Part shown: positions 39,392-50,771 of the stretch, piece by piece
How positions within the stretch are numbered: the first letter of the stretch is position 1
How the letters are laid out: each line of letters starts with the position of its first letter
DNA from: Lingula anatina
Lineage: Eukaryota > Animalia > Brachiopoda
Direction of reading: 5' to 3'
Assembly: GCA_051362555.1 (NCBI GenBank)
Contig: CM120642.1
Coordinates: forward strand, 32,364,001 to 32,428,000
DNA length: 64,000 nucleotides
Notes under the pieces: generated by a model
The model's database searches: none
What the model was told of the DNA's origin: nothing
What the model saw: only the letters and a program-made list of their open reading frames with translations
Translations under genes and position numbers: made by a program

Positions 39392-42300
39392 CTGTCTCTG
39401 GTTTTGACATAATGGATTCTGAAACCTCTAAAGATTTTCAACTTACAACTGTTAATACAACAATTCATTTGTTCCTTACCCTCTCTAGGAATATGGTGTT
39501 ATCATTAACATAGTCATTATGTGGTTGTTCTGTCTCCTGTTTGGTTTTCTTCTTCCCAAAGGTTTCAGCTGTAGTCTCAGTATAACCATAGTTAGAAATG
39601 CCTGTGGTTATAGAATAGAAAATAAAACAATAGTTTAATAAGATGAAAGTCCATAACAAACGCCTTCTTTTACCTCATTAATTGAATTTTGATGCAATCA
39701 AATGAAATGCAATACTCAGTACTGCTATTAGCACAAAAATTCATGCATCAGCATGCCTATTTACATTTTCTGACACACACACACACACACACTGTACATG
39801 GTAACACATGAAAAAAATGTGTAAATAACTGTATAATGACCACCAGCCAGCACAATCCATACCTCTGCTTCCCTTCACCACTTCCACATAATTGCCAGGA
39901 AACCACCCCTTCTTGTTTCCCAGTTTTCCCAGCCACCAGCCACTGTCATCCCGTTCCAGCACATCAATAAGGTCTCCTGAACACAGGGAGATCTGATCCT
40001 CTGCCTGGGATTTATATGGGTAAACCACTTCATACTGATTCACTACTGGAATGACACAAGTGATACCATTACTAATTTGACATTCGAAATTTTCATAAAT
40101 TCTGACCTTCCTGCTGGTCATTACTGCAGTAGACATTTTCCAATATTTACTGCACAATCCATCCAGATATCTTCTTAATTCATTTTTAAAGCTAAACGTA
40201 GACGGTAGAAGTAAGAAGGCCATTCACTGCAGCAAGTCCCTACTGCACACTCAGCACAGTGAAGATTGCATCTGTTTTTCTTTTCTTTCTTTCCTTATTT
40301 TTTGTTAAGAATGTCTTTTTCACGACCACTCATGCGGCAGTATACTTTTGTGCGTTTTTCTTCTGTTAAATATAACTGCAAAACTTAATGGACATGAAGT
40401 AAAGAAAATTTTACATCATGGAATTTCGCCAAAGTGATTGCTTTGGTGGAAACTGGAAAAGATCGGCAGTGGAACTCAGCACTTAATGAAAATCAAACGG
40501 TTCGGTAACAAACAAAACGCAATATTCCTTCAAATATTATAAATAAAAGTGCTCAAAAATCAATAAACCAACCACTTTTCGGAAGTGTTCCTATTTAGAC
40601 CTAACCACTAACGTACTTCACGGGCGCTGTACGGTCCAGAGCAGACTCCTCAATGTTTACAATCAGTAGTCGCGTGGTTCCGGTTTCAAGAATTGTGGGT
40701 ACAATATCTAGGTCAAGTTATAGAAAGGTAAAGGTCGAATCGGTTTGCAATCTTGTAAAACTGACTCAGATTCACATCTATCGATGCACAGCAGTGATGT
40801 GACCATGAAATTACCAAGGTTTTTACAACGAGTCACGGGCATTCGAAAGGTACGCTATGTCGGATTTTGAACTTAAAATTTCCTATCTACATCGTCACAG
40901 TCGGTGATCGAGTGAGTGACTGAGAGCATTTGTTCTCTAATAATTCTAATATTCAAATGCTTTGCAATTTGTTTATAAATGTTTAAAAAAATCGATGCTT
41001 GCTATTTATAGTCAAACTTAAAGAAAGATTTCTAATTAAAAGGTGGATTTCTTTATCTCATTTGTTAGTATGTTACTGCGTTTGTTTAAAACTTTAAACC
41101 GAATTGTGGCGAGATTTTATTTAATTATTTATGATATAAGTACAAACGCATGACTTAATTTTCGTGCTATAATGGAGCCTGAAAAAAAAATTACCTCAAA
41201 TTTATATATATGAATGTAAGAACTATAATAATCAAATTATTCCATGGAATTCCAACTAGCTTTTATATACTTTTCTTTTCTTTTCTTTCTTTCTTTTTTT
41301 TTTTTTTTTTAATAAACAATTTTTATCATGTCAATATCTCTTCCTTGCAGAGAAGGGAAAAAATGGTCCTAGAGTCGAAAAAGCAAGATACTTCAAGAGG
41401 AAATAAGCTTCTCAGAGCATACTGGGAGCCTGTCAAGAAGGCATGCCTCTCAGCACCCCAAAAGGGTGGTATATATGCAATAGGATTACGAGGTTTTAGG
41501 CATCCCATTTATATTGGACAGTCTAACAACATCAGAGACAGACTTCAAACACACTTTAGAAAGTCTTCTAATGTACAGGCAATAGACAAATTTGTTAACA
41601 TTATACCAAAGAGATTATTCAAGGTAAAATATGTGCAGGACAGGCACCATAAAGATTATGAAGGAGTCTATCTTGCACACAATCTGAAACACACAGGATC
41701 ATGGCCAGTGTTTAACTTAAAACATGGAAATAGTCGAAAGAAAAAGAGCTTCTGGAAATTTTGGGAATGGTGAAGACACCTTTGATTATTAATAATGTGT
41801 TAGAGGACATTTTACATGGTTCAGATTACTTCTCATCGGTCACTTGGCCATATTCATCCTGGCTTGATGTAGGTAATTGCAGGTGTCTATAATACAACTC
41901 TAGATAAAAAAAAAATAAATAAATAAAAAAAAATTCCAAGATCCACCCTGAAATTCCACCCTTAAAACAAATGTGTGTACATAATATTCTGTTATTTATA
42001 ATTTATTTATTTATGAGAGAGTGAGAGAGATTGGACTGTATAGTGCCTATAATTGGTAGTATATGGATGTGGCAGCCTTTTACTGAATTCCAAAAATGTT
42101 TCTATTTTGATTCCACAAATATGACTTGTATTGTTTAGATGCCATCTGAGAGCAAGTGATGAAAGTCTATTCACAGTTACAGAAAAAAAAAATTAGTTAC
42201 CTTCAGAAGTTCCTTCTTCTGCATCCAAGGGGCTGGAAATGACTTCTTTAGATAATTCTCTCCCAAAATGTCTGCCAGGTTTATGTATTGGCTGAAAAAC

Positions 42301-44437
42301 ATAATAAATATAAAATGAACCTTGTTTCTGTTTTTTTTACTATAAGATTATAAATGATTAATTTACCTTTATAACATACTTCTTTTGCACCAAAAACAAA
42401 AAATCCTGCTTTATGGCAAAGTTACTTAAGCGAACAACTGACCAGTTTATAATAACCAATGTGACAAACAATTATCAGAAAAAAAAACTCCAAAATTAAC
42501 CAATCCATATAAGATTCCATTTCAATAAAATACAGTTGGTGACAATTTTCACAAGTACACTCTATAATGATCTCAGCTAGGCCAGCTGTAGATGTCTACC
42601 TACATCTCGATATCTCCGCCTCCTACAGCAAATTATGTACAGGACACCTGCCGTTACCACTCCTATCAATACTACCACCACAGGGACTGATATCACAACT
42701 GCTGTCATCTCTGGGGACAAACCTGGAGAAAATTGTTCACAAGACACATTTAGCCAGATGATTTACAATAAAGACTTACAATAAAGAATGTTTATATAAT
42801 TTATTACAATCAATTCCAGCTCTTTTGAATGGAATTATTGTATTCAATAAGTGTAGCAGAAATACCTGACAATGTTTATTTTTAAAAGGCATTTCTGCTA
42901 CACCTGTGTGGAAAATACTATAAAATAAGTCATTCACATTTCAATAATGTGATGTCATTAATTGCAGAACATGTCTAAGAAATGCAATGCACAGTTAACT
43001 TGCCATGTCTCAAGCAGTCATAAAAATTCCATCTAATCTATAGGCATAAGAAATTCACTTTAACAAATATATCACCTTTAAATTTGAAAGATTATCATCA
43101 CTTTACAAAATACTTACAAACAGGTATAAAAGTCTAATCTACAGGCATAAAAATTTCACTTTAACAAAAATTTCACATTTAAATTTTAAAGACTATATTC
43201 ACTTCATGAAAATACTTACAAATAGGTTCAAAATTCTCTTACCTGTCTGTGCTTTGACTATGGTGGCATTACTCTCTGTGCTACTAACTGGGAGACTGGT
43301 GGTGAGTATTGGAGTACTGGAAGACTGGGTAGATGACCCCTGGGTACTGGCTGTTGACCCTGGGGTACTGGTTGTTGATCCTGGTGTACTGGTTGTTGAT
43401 GATACTGTCGTTGTAGAGGAAGTTGATGATGATGTTGTTGTTGTGGATGAACTAGTCATAGTTGTAGGTAATGTTGTTGTTGTTAGTGTCATAGTTGTAG
43501 GTAATGTTGCTGTTGTAGTAATAGGTGCTGCTGTTGTTGCTGTCATAGTTGTAGGTGCTGTTGTTGTTATTGTAGTTATAGGTGATGTCACTGTTGTTGA
43601 AGGCCTAGTAATATTTGTATCTGAAATTGTTGTTAATGACAATGTTGTCATTACTGTAGAACTTGAAGATGAAGATGAAGATGTTGTAGGTGAAGAAGAG
43701 GTACTGGTAGGAGTACCTGTAGTTATATTAGTTGTTGGGGTTGTAATATCTGTGGGTGTCACAGGCACAGTTATAGGTATTGCTGTTGTTGTCGCACCTG
43801 AAGATGAAGTTGGTGGCAAAGTTGTTGTTGTTATTGTTGTTGTTGTATTTAAAGTAGAAGTTTCTGTAGGCAATGTTACTGTTGAACTTTTTGGTGACAA
43901 CACAGTTGTTTTTGTAGTTGCTGTTGTTATGGAATATGAAACAGTTGTACGTAATAAAGAAGTGTCTGTGGAATTAGTTGTTGCTGTCAAATTATTCACA
44001 TTATCTTGAGTTGTGCTGTTGCCTGCAGCTTCCCTTGTGATAGGTACGGTGGACGAGGTGCTGGTGACAGCCGTCTTTCCTGTAGTTGTTGTTGACAACT
44101 CTGTTGCCATGGTTACAGTCTGATTCACAGCATTCTCACTCGGAGTTGAAGCAGTTGTGGCAGTACTGTTAGCCATTGTTGTTGTTGTTGTTGTTGGCAT
44201 TTGTTGACTGGTCTGTTTACTGTTATCAGTACTTGTTGTTGCCATGGTAGTGTTAGTCACACTTTCCAGAGGCGCAGTTGTCAGCGAAGAAGAATAAGAC
44301 TCATTAACTGATGGTGAAGCCAACGAAGTTACAGTTAAGTTAGTGTTCTCAGTTGAGGTGAAGTTACTGCCTCCAACAGCAGTGAATGGTGTTGTTATAA
44401 ACACAATACTTAACCAAGTTAACCAGTACAAACTCAT
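35250..44437 (-). CDS. Predicted type I membrane protein: mucin-like ectodomain + TM + three SH3 domains + Pro/Lys-rich tail (~1257 aa, 10 coding exons)
   Basis: Exons 44437-43243 (signal peptide and Ser/Thr stalk), 42722-42604 (TM AVVISVPVVVVLIGVVTAGVLYII-CCRRRR), 42291-42201, 40045-39863 (SH3: YPYKSQAEDQISL..GWWLG..GWFPGNYV), 39601-39480, 39128-38922 (SH3: GWFPSSYV), 38366-38279, 37791-37637 (SH3: ALYAY..GWWFG..GWFPGSYL), 37326-37179, 36715-35250. All junctions GT-AG and in phase (3774 nt). Individual exons are high confidence; the 42201-to-40045 join is the least certain. Alternative in-frame ATG at 44461. Confidence 0.75.
39326..39387. repeat. (TA)n microsatellite
   Basis: Direct reading. 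Confidence 0.95.
40805..41773 (+). CDS. Stand-alone GIY-YIG nuclease-family protein, 155 aa, 2 exons, nested antisense in an intron of the mucin-SH3 gene
   Basis: Exon 1 40805-40849 (accATG, MKLPRFLQRVTGIRK, donor aag|gtacgc); exon 2 41351-41773 (acceptor ttccttgcag), phase 0. Motifs P-QKG-GIY-AI, IYIGQS, NIRDRLQTH, YEGVYL, WPVFN. AATAAA at 41914. Confidence 0.8.
43032..43227. repeat. Diverged ~101-bp tandem duplication next to the mucin exon donor
   Basis: tctaatcta.aggcataa.aa.ttcactttaacaaa...aaaatacttacaaa.aggt twice. Confidence 0.8.
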
Positions 44438-45204
44438 GGTTTGGAATGTTAAAGCTATCATCTTCCTATAAAGAATCATTGCTAAGTAATGGGAGCATAC
44501 AAATATATATATAAACGCTGAAGACACTGTTATATAATGTGGAAAACTTATCAAATATGGAATGGTAAATACAAAATGGAATGCTTAGGTAAACTGTCTT
44601 AAAAATGTACAAAAATATGATTGTCTGATATACTTAGCTTTTCTGCAAGACTAATTTGTAGACAAAAATTATTTGAGAAAATCACATTGATACGAATACC
44701 ATCTCTATTTAACACTGTAAATGCACCAATCTATAGTTTTGTCTTGTCTCTTTTCATCAACAAGATAACAAGGCATCTCTGGATAACCTCTAACCTCATA
44801 TTTCATACACTGCTTTGGTTCTTTCCAACCTAGTCAATACATTGCAAAAAGACCATATTAAAGCCACAAAATAATTACAGCAGTTTCACTGTTACTGTAT
44901 GAATCATCACTTGCCGTGACAGCCAGAACAACTGCAGAAAGCCTCTTTCTCTGGTGGCTGGTCGCAAACAACTTGTTTTTCTCAGTGTCTAAAACGGAGT
45001 CAATATGTTTCACAGCTGTCCTCATTCAGTTGAAGTGTTACTTTGCTACTTTTAGTCAACCAATTTGATTATTCTCTCAATGCTGCCAGCACGATCTATA
45101 CTGTCTATGCATTTCTTTGCCATCTTAGTGCAGCCAACATATTCTGTTGTTGCCTAAATGCAGGCAACTTTTTTTTTGTCAATGTAAATAAGTCAGAGTG
45201 TTTA

Positions 45205-45330
45205 GTTGCTAAATGCTGAAACTTTTGTTTCTTTTTCATAAGCACAAAAGGTACAGTTAATCTGATCCTTAAATTTTAGCTGATATAATTGAGTATGAGG
45301 CCTCCAGTATATATATCTTTGTGTGCACCA
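45205..45330 (-). mobile_element. Possible decayed L1/Tx1-type LINE ORF2 C-terminal (zinc-binding) remnant
   Basis: QRYIYWRPHTQLYQLKFKDQINCTFCAYEKET resembles the FQY..HR...TN..L.K.K....C.FC...ET pattern of these elements. Confidence 0.35.
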
Positions 45331-48300
45331 GGGTTTCTCTTTCTTGGTACAGTGTACCTTCCATGCGTGTTCATAAATATTATTGTCCATTCAGAACACA
45401 CGATCTGTCTGAAACACCACGCCCTACATGCAATATTTTACATAGCTCATTGCAGCAGTGGTCATAAGGATAATGAAAGAGCAGAAAACACCTGATGACC
45501 GACAATGTTAGTGCTGTCACATTGCTGTCAGTGCCCCACTCCTAAAAGCCCCAAATGTGACTATTCGCATTTTCTTCCTTCAAAGTATCAATCCATATTG
45601 ACAGAACACAAAATTTTGTTACTTTCAGCTTTGTGTCTCCTTTGAGTGCTTCCTCTATCTGCTTCTTCTCACCTTGATATGTGAGTGATTGTAACATGAC
45701 ACACCTGCACCATCAGTTCTTGAGTCACGTCTGATTTATATTTCATGAGCCAGTCCAGTATCAGTTTCGTGGTAAGCTAGACATTGCTTCCTTCTGGCAC
45801 TAAAACGCAAACAGAAACTGGTCAGCAAGAATGACACACGCATACATATGAAACTAAAAACAAAGAAGCCAGATAAAATGTGGTCTATTTTAGATGGCAT
45901 TATACAGAAAGAAAAAGAAAAAAATTATTTAGTGACTGAATGTGAAAATGTATCATGGGATCTTCTTTCTTTTGTTAAAATGAACATAAAAAGCATGACT
46001 CTGGGAAGTACATGTAATTATATATGTGTGTGATTCAAATGTTCCTTTTTCCATTTTTGTAAATTAAACCAATGAATCAAGATCCATGACAAGGATGCCA
46101 TAAAACAAATTTCAATTTAAAAATGCCCAACCTGAGGATAGTATCATATGTCAGTTTTTGTTTAAGTGGATAAAATGCAGTTTGCTCAGATATAGATTTT
46201 ATTCACCATATAATATTAACTCTCTTACCACAATAATCTAATCCTTCGGGGCAATACAAATCTAAAATATGTAAGGCAGCTTACAAATAACTTCCTGGTT
46301 AAGAGCATAATACGGGAAACAATATTACATCAAACTTCACTGACTGGAATGATGACCAGCTTTTGTATTTTGACATTTTATTTTATCATGACATTACATA
46401 TTAAATAACTGTCACTTAACATAAATATTAACATGCGCGCGCACAAACACACACACACACACACACAAAGAGGTTATATTTTGATGACATGAAGTGATTG
46501 TTTTGTAATTTGCAGTAATAATTCAATTGTAGGTGTCAGGCACAGACTAAGTCTTTACCATACTATGGAAGATGGTCATAATGTACTCAATTACACAAAA
46601 TAAGTGGACACACCCTGATGAAAGACTAGCTGTTAACCTAGATTTCTGCATCTCTTGTTGAGTGTGATATTGTGAGAAGAAAACTCAGACAAGAATATTT
46701 TTCAGCTAAAACCAGTTACTAGTATTCATTTTTTTCTTTTTCTTAGCAATTTTTTATCCATTAAGTGTCCCAAAAATGATAAAGGCCATGGAACCACTTC
46801 TACCTACTTTTTTCTTGAAACCCAAAATCACATAAAATCCAAACAAATCCTTACAAGTTACCTCTCTGGCAACATGACACCTATTTTGTGCTTAAACACT
46901 GCCTGGGTGTTATAAAAAGTCTGAGCCTTTTAAAAAATGCCCCAATGTAAATTCCATGTCTGCATGCAGTGACAAAACACTGTACTAGTAGTATAGTAAA
47001 GTTACATTCTATAGAGAAACTTACAGGCTGTGAGACACCATGGAAAAAGTTGAATTATACCCATACGCAGAAGAATTGAAATATTTTTAAGATAAATATC
47101 ATCTGTTCAGTATTTATTTATTTGCTTACTTTATTTTATTCATTGACTTTTTTTGTAAATGCACAGGGAATATTTTACAATTAAAGGGCTCAACAGTGAA
47201 TGGTGTACAATACGTATGAAAGTTGTATTTTTGTCTGCCATCTATCATTTCTCCAGCAACAGGTCTGTTCCTTAACATGAACATGCACCTACCAATACTA
47301 TGTAGTATGCTCTCTTCTTCCAGGAATGCATCTCTCTTTTACTTTTCAAGTAATTTGAGAAACCCTTTTGTTAGAAAGAATTTAAACAGGTATTGGGACA
47401 CAAACGTATGACTTAGACTTACTGTACAAGTGGCTGTAAAAATCCGAATGTAATTCATATACCAGTACTAGTAGAAACGTTTATTTAATAATTACAAGGG
47501 CAAATCCCTCCCCCTCCCCCACAAAAAAAAAAAAAAAAAAAAAAGTCACAATATTCCTTTAATTATCCAAACTGTAGGAAAATTCATATGGAATATCTGT
47601 TCATTATTTACAATTATCAATTACATTAACTACTCAGCGCAATAATATATACACTCATATAATATTAACTTTATCCACGTGTGTGTACATCTCAATACTC
47701 ACCTATGGGCATACGTATATACACAAAAGTCATCAAAGGTGGCATTTTCCAGAGAAGTCCACCATTTCTTCAACCCAGCAGAGTACGATGGTTCTTAACT
47801 CTTGCTGTCTACAGCTGAAACACGACCAAACACAGATGATGTTGTCCTGTAATAGTATAACATAACTATATTATTCCATAATGTGTATACCTTTCCACAA
47901 GCACGGAGGTGACAGTTTGTTTTTACAGACACAATTCCCATGACCCCCACCCACGACACTCCACACCTCCGCACACACAACGCACCAGTCAACTAATCCA
48001 GCTTATTTTTGAGCAACATGCCATCATAATCTCCTCTGCTGTCCTAGGTGAATAGCTCTCCTTGTTTGTCTGCCAACAGAATATGATAACTGGGAGTTGA
48101 CTACAGACACAGCTGAGTCATCCTGGGGTGGTTTTGTTGTATCTTCCTTTGGGATTCAGTGAACCATTCAACTACTGGTAAATGCAGTGTCAGAATGAAC
48201 AAGGAAGAAGGCATACAAATGTATAATATAACTTCAAGCAATGACTACAAATATTGACAAAATTTCAAGTAATATTACATGATGTGGGACTGTGGCTTAA

Positions 48301-49589
48301 TTATATGTTTGTTCAGATATAATAGCTGTATGCTCTTGTGCACTGTTAATATTACTCTGAAGTGGTTTTAGATGGTATACACTGTGCTGTGCAAGCACAT
48401 GCAGGTACAAGTAAATAAGAAGTAATAATAAATAACATGTAAAAGATGTGCAAAGTTATTTTTAAAAGGGTTTATTTATATAAGTAACTATTTGAAGCCC
48501 AAATTTTAGAGATGTATGAAAAGCCACTTAGAAAAAATTTAATAAGAATTTTTTTCAGTGTGAAGCTATTTGCATGGCCTTGCATTTAGTAAGTATAACA
48601 TTTAAAGTCACTCAATTCCTGCTACAATACCAGGAGGGTCTAAGCCACGCCCTTTTGGTCACCTTTTAAAGGGATAACAACAGTTTGCTTTGGTCGAAAA
48701 AAATGATTTTCCTTGAGTAAATGACAATTACTCCATACTTCCCAATGGATAATGATTCCATTCTGACATTCAAAGTTAGTCCATGATTTTTTTTTTTTTC
48801 GTCTATAATTTTTTTTTGTTGAAATTATCTCTTAAGAGATTATTACAGAGGTGCATATAATCGTGATAATCACTGTTCTGGTGTTAAAATGGAATTTAAT
48901 TATTATATTTCTATGATTTGTTAACAATGTTTTTATTGAGAAATATGAATCCCATATATATGGCTATTTTCTTTTTAAATAGTGAACTGAATTAATCAAT
49001 AAAATCCTCTGCGCCCAGATTTGCAAAATAATTACTTCTTCTTTTCAGGTAATAAAGGAGGAATATAGGCTTCACATCTGTACAAGGTAGTTACATGTTC
49101 TTTAAAACGTACTAGTAAATCTCATGACTGTATTTATATTACATATTACTTATTTACTGCTTTCTAAATGACTTTCAGTGATCCAAATACAATGTACTAA
49201 TTCATTTTCACAGACGCATATGCAGCCCCAGAATGTGAATATCTAAGTCAATAAAATATAATTTGTGTATACCGACCAAAGAAAACTAGCTTCTGTAATA
49301 TGTGACCATTAATTAATATATTTTCGATGAGCCATGCTTATATAGTAAATTGTAATGAAAAATAAGTGAATGAATAGAAAATTATTTGATTATCAATGAA
49401 CGATCCCAAGCCCCACGGTTTTGTTACAAAGGTTAGTCAAACAGCAACAAGTTAGTAAGAACAATTCGTTTTACGAAGGTTATAATTATTACACTATGGT
49501 TCAGACTTACCGCAAATCAGAGAATGCTGTTGTTGTGATCCATGTACTTTTATCTCTTCAATTGATGCTGCTGATGAGTGAAAATCATA

Positions 49590-49745
49590 TTAAACGGTGT
49601 TTTCTCCATGTACGCTGACACGAAAACGAAACTCCACTTCCGTTTTACTTCCTGGTAACTGTAAAAGCCCCACGTGCCGTGTAAGGAAAAGCGAAAACAC
49701 AAGTTATCAAGACCTGACACGACAAGTGAGTTACGGTAAGAACTT
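49590..49745. promoter_or_regulatory. Candidate bidirectional promoter between the mucin-SH3 gene and the protease inhibitor gene
   Basis: Local CpG enrichment, ETS-like cacttccg and acttcctg, cacgtg E-box, divergent donors (minus gtaagt at 49510, plus gtaaga at 49736). Confidence 0.5.
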
Positions 49746-49977
49746 GAGAACGAGTTTTTAACGTAGTGTTGAAATGTGAATAATTCAGCACATTTTCTAT
49801 GTATGATATTATTAAAAGTAGAAATATAAATACTTGGAATATTATATGCATATTAAATTAATCGTCGGAATAATATCAAGTTCTCCCCCAATTTTTACTT
49901 TCAGTTTCTGTCACCGTTCTGTCTCATACACTGTAGTTATAATCTGTGGGAAGTCAACGAATATTACCTGTACAAGG

Positions 49978-50771
49978 ATGTCAGAGCAAGAAGAATGGAC
50001 AGATTTAGTTGGGAAAGTAAGTGTTATATATGACACGCTATTATATACAGCTTACCCTGAGCTTCAGAGCTTGAAACAAACCTCTACAGTATAGCATACC
50101 CTTGCCGTTTCGCTATAGTGCAGATGTTTGTTTCAAGTAATCTCTGAAGCTCAGGGGGATGAAGCTGTGCTCGACTGTCCTTTGAGCAGTTTATCAATCT
50201 ATAAGCTGCTTCAAATGACCTCTGTAATAGCACACTTGTCTAACATGATGTGAAAACTAATCAAATTTGGTAAAATATTTTTATGTGAATTTAGTAATTG
50301 TTCCATATTTATTTCATAATATTTCAGTTCATATTCTTTATAATTCAATTATCAATTTTTATTTTCCAGACAGGAGAAGAAGCTAGAGAAGTTATCAGTA
50401 AATCAAACCCAAACCTCACTGTAAGTGCTTAGTTAGCATTCAGATTTTTCTTCATTTAAAACAAAGGATCGGCAAAATAAACTGCAATATTTTGTAATTA
50501 CTTGTAAAAAGAAAACTGGAAAAAATTAGACACTGTAGAATAATGCAATGGGTGCTGTAGTAGTTAGGATTGCATGAATAAATAAAAAGTTTTATCTGTC
50601 AAAGTTTATATTTTATATTTATATATTATATATTTGTATTTTATATTTAATCTATTTCAGATCCAGATTATTCCAGATGGCTCAATGGTGACAATGGACT
50701 ATGTTACAGAACGTGTCAGGATATTTGTGGATTCTGAGGGCAAGGTTGTGCGGCCACCTCGTATGGGATAG
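49978..50771 (+). CDS. Potato inhibitor I family (I13, eglin c/CI-2-like) serine protease inhibitor, 66 aa
   Basis: Exons 49978-50016, 50370-50420, 50661-50771 (all phase 0): MSEQEEWTDLVGKTGEEAREVISKSNPNLTIQIIPDGSMVTMDYVTERVRIFVDSEGKVVRPPRMG, with W..LVG, VTMDY and RVRIFVD..G.V...P..G signatures. AATAAA at 51145. Confidence 0.93.
50048..50167. repeat. ~120-bp imperfect palindrome in the first coding intron of the inhibitor gene
   Basis: ccctgagcttcagag / ctctgaagctcaggg, cttgaaacaaac / gtttgtttcaag, tatagc / gctata. Confidence 0.75.

Noticed and set aside
41210-41350. Phe-rich N-terminal extension of the 187-aa GIY-YIG ORF, resembling a TM or signal segment
   Set aside because: It is the intron's poly-T tract read in frame; the acceptor at 41350 and upstream exon 40805-40849 fit better.
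42560-42603. Stop codon shortly after the TM (…RDVGRHLQLA*), giving a short-tailed mucin
   Set aside because: The donor gat|gtaggt at 42603 splices in phase to the next exon. Intron retention cannot be excluded but is not supported by the sequence.
43206-44009. 267-aa Val-rich plus-strand ORF
   Set aside because: Antisense shadow of the Thr/Ser (ACA/ACT/TCA) codons of the mucin exon.
44466-44554. Longer N-terminus of the mucin ORF
   Set aside because: Non-ATG start upstream of an acceptor (ctttatag, 44467-44466); intronic.
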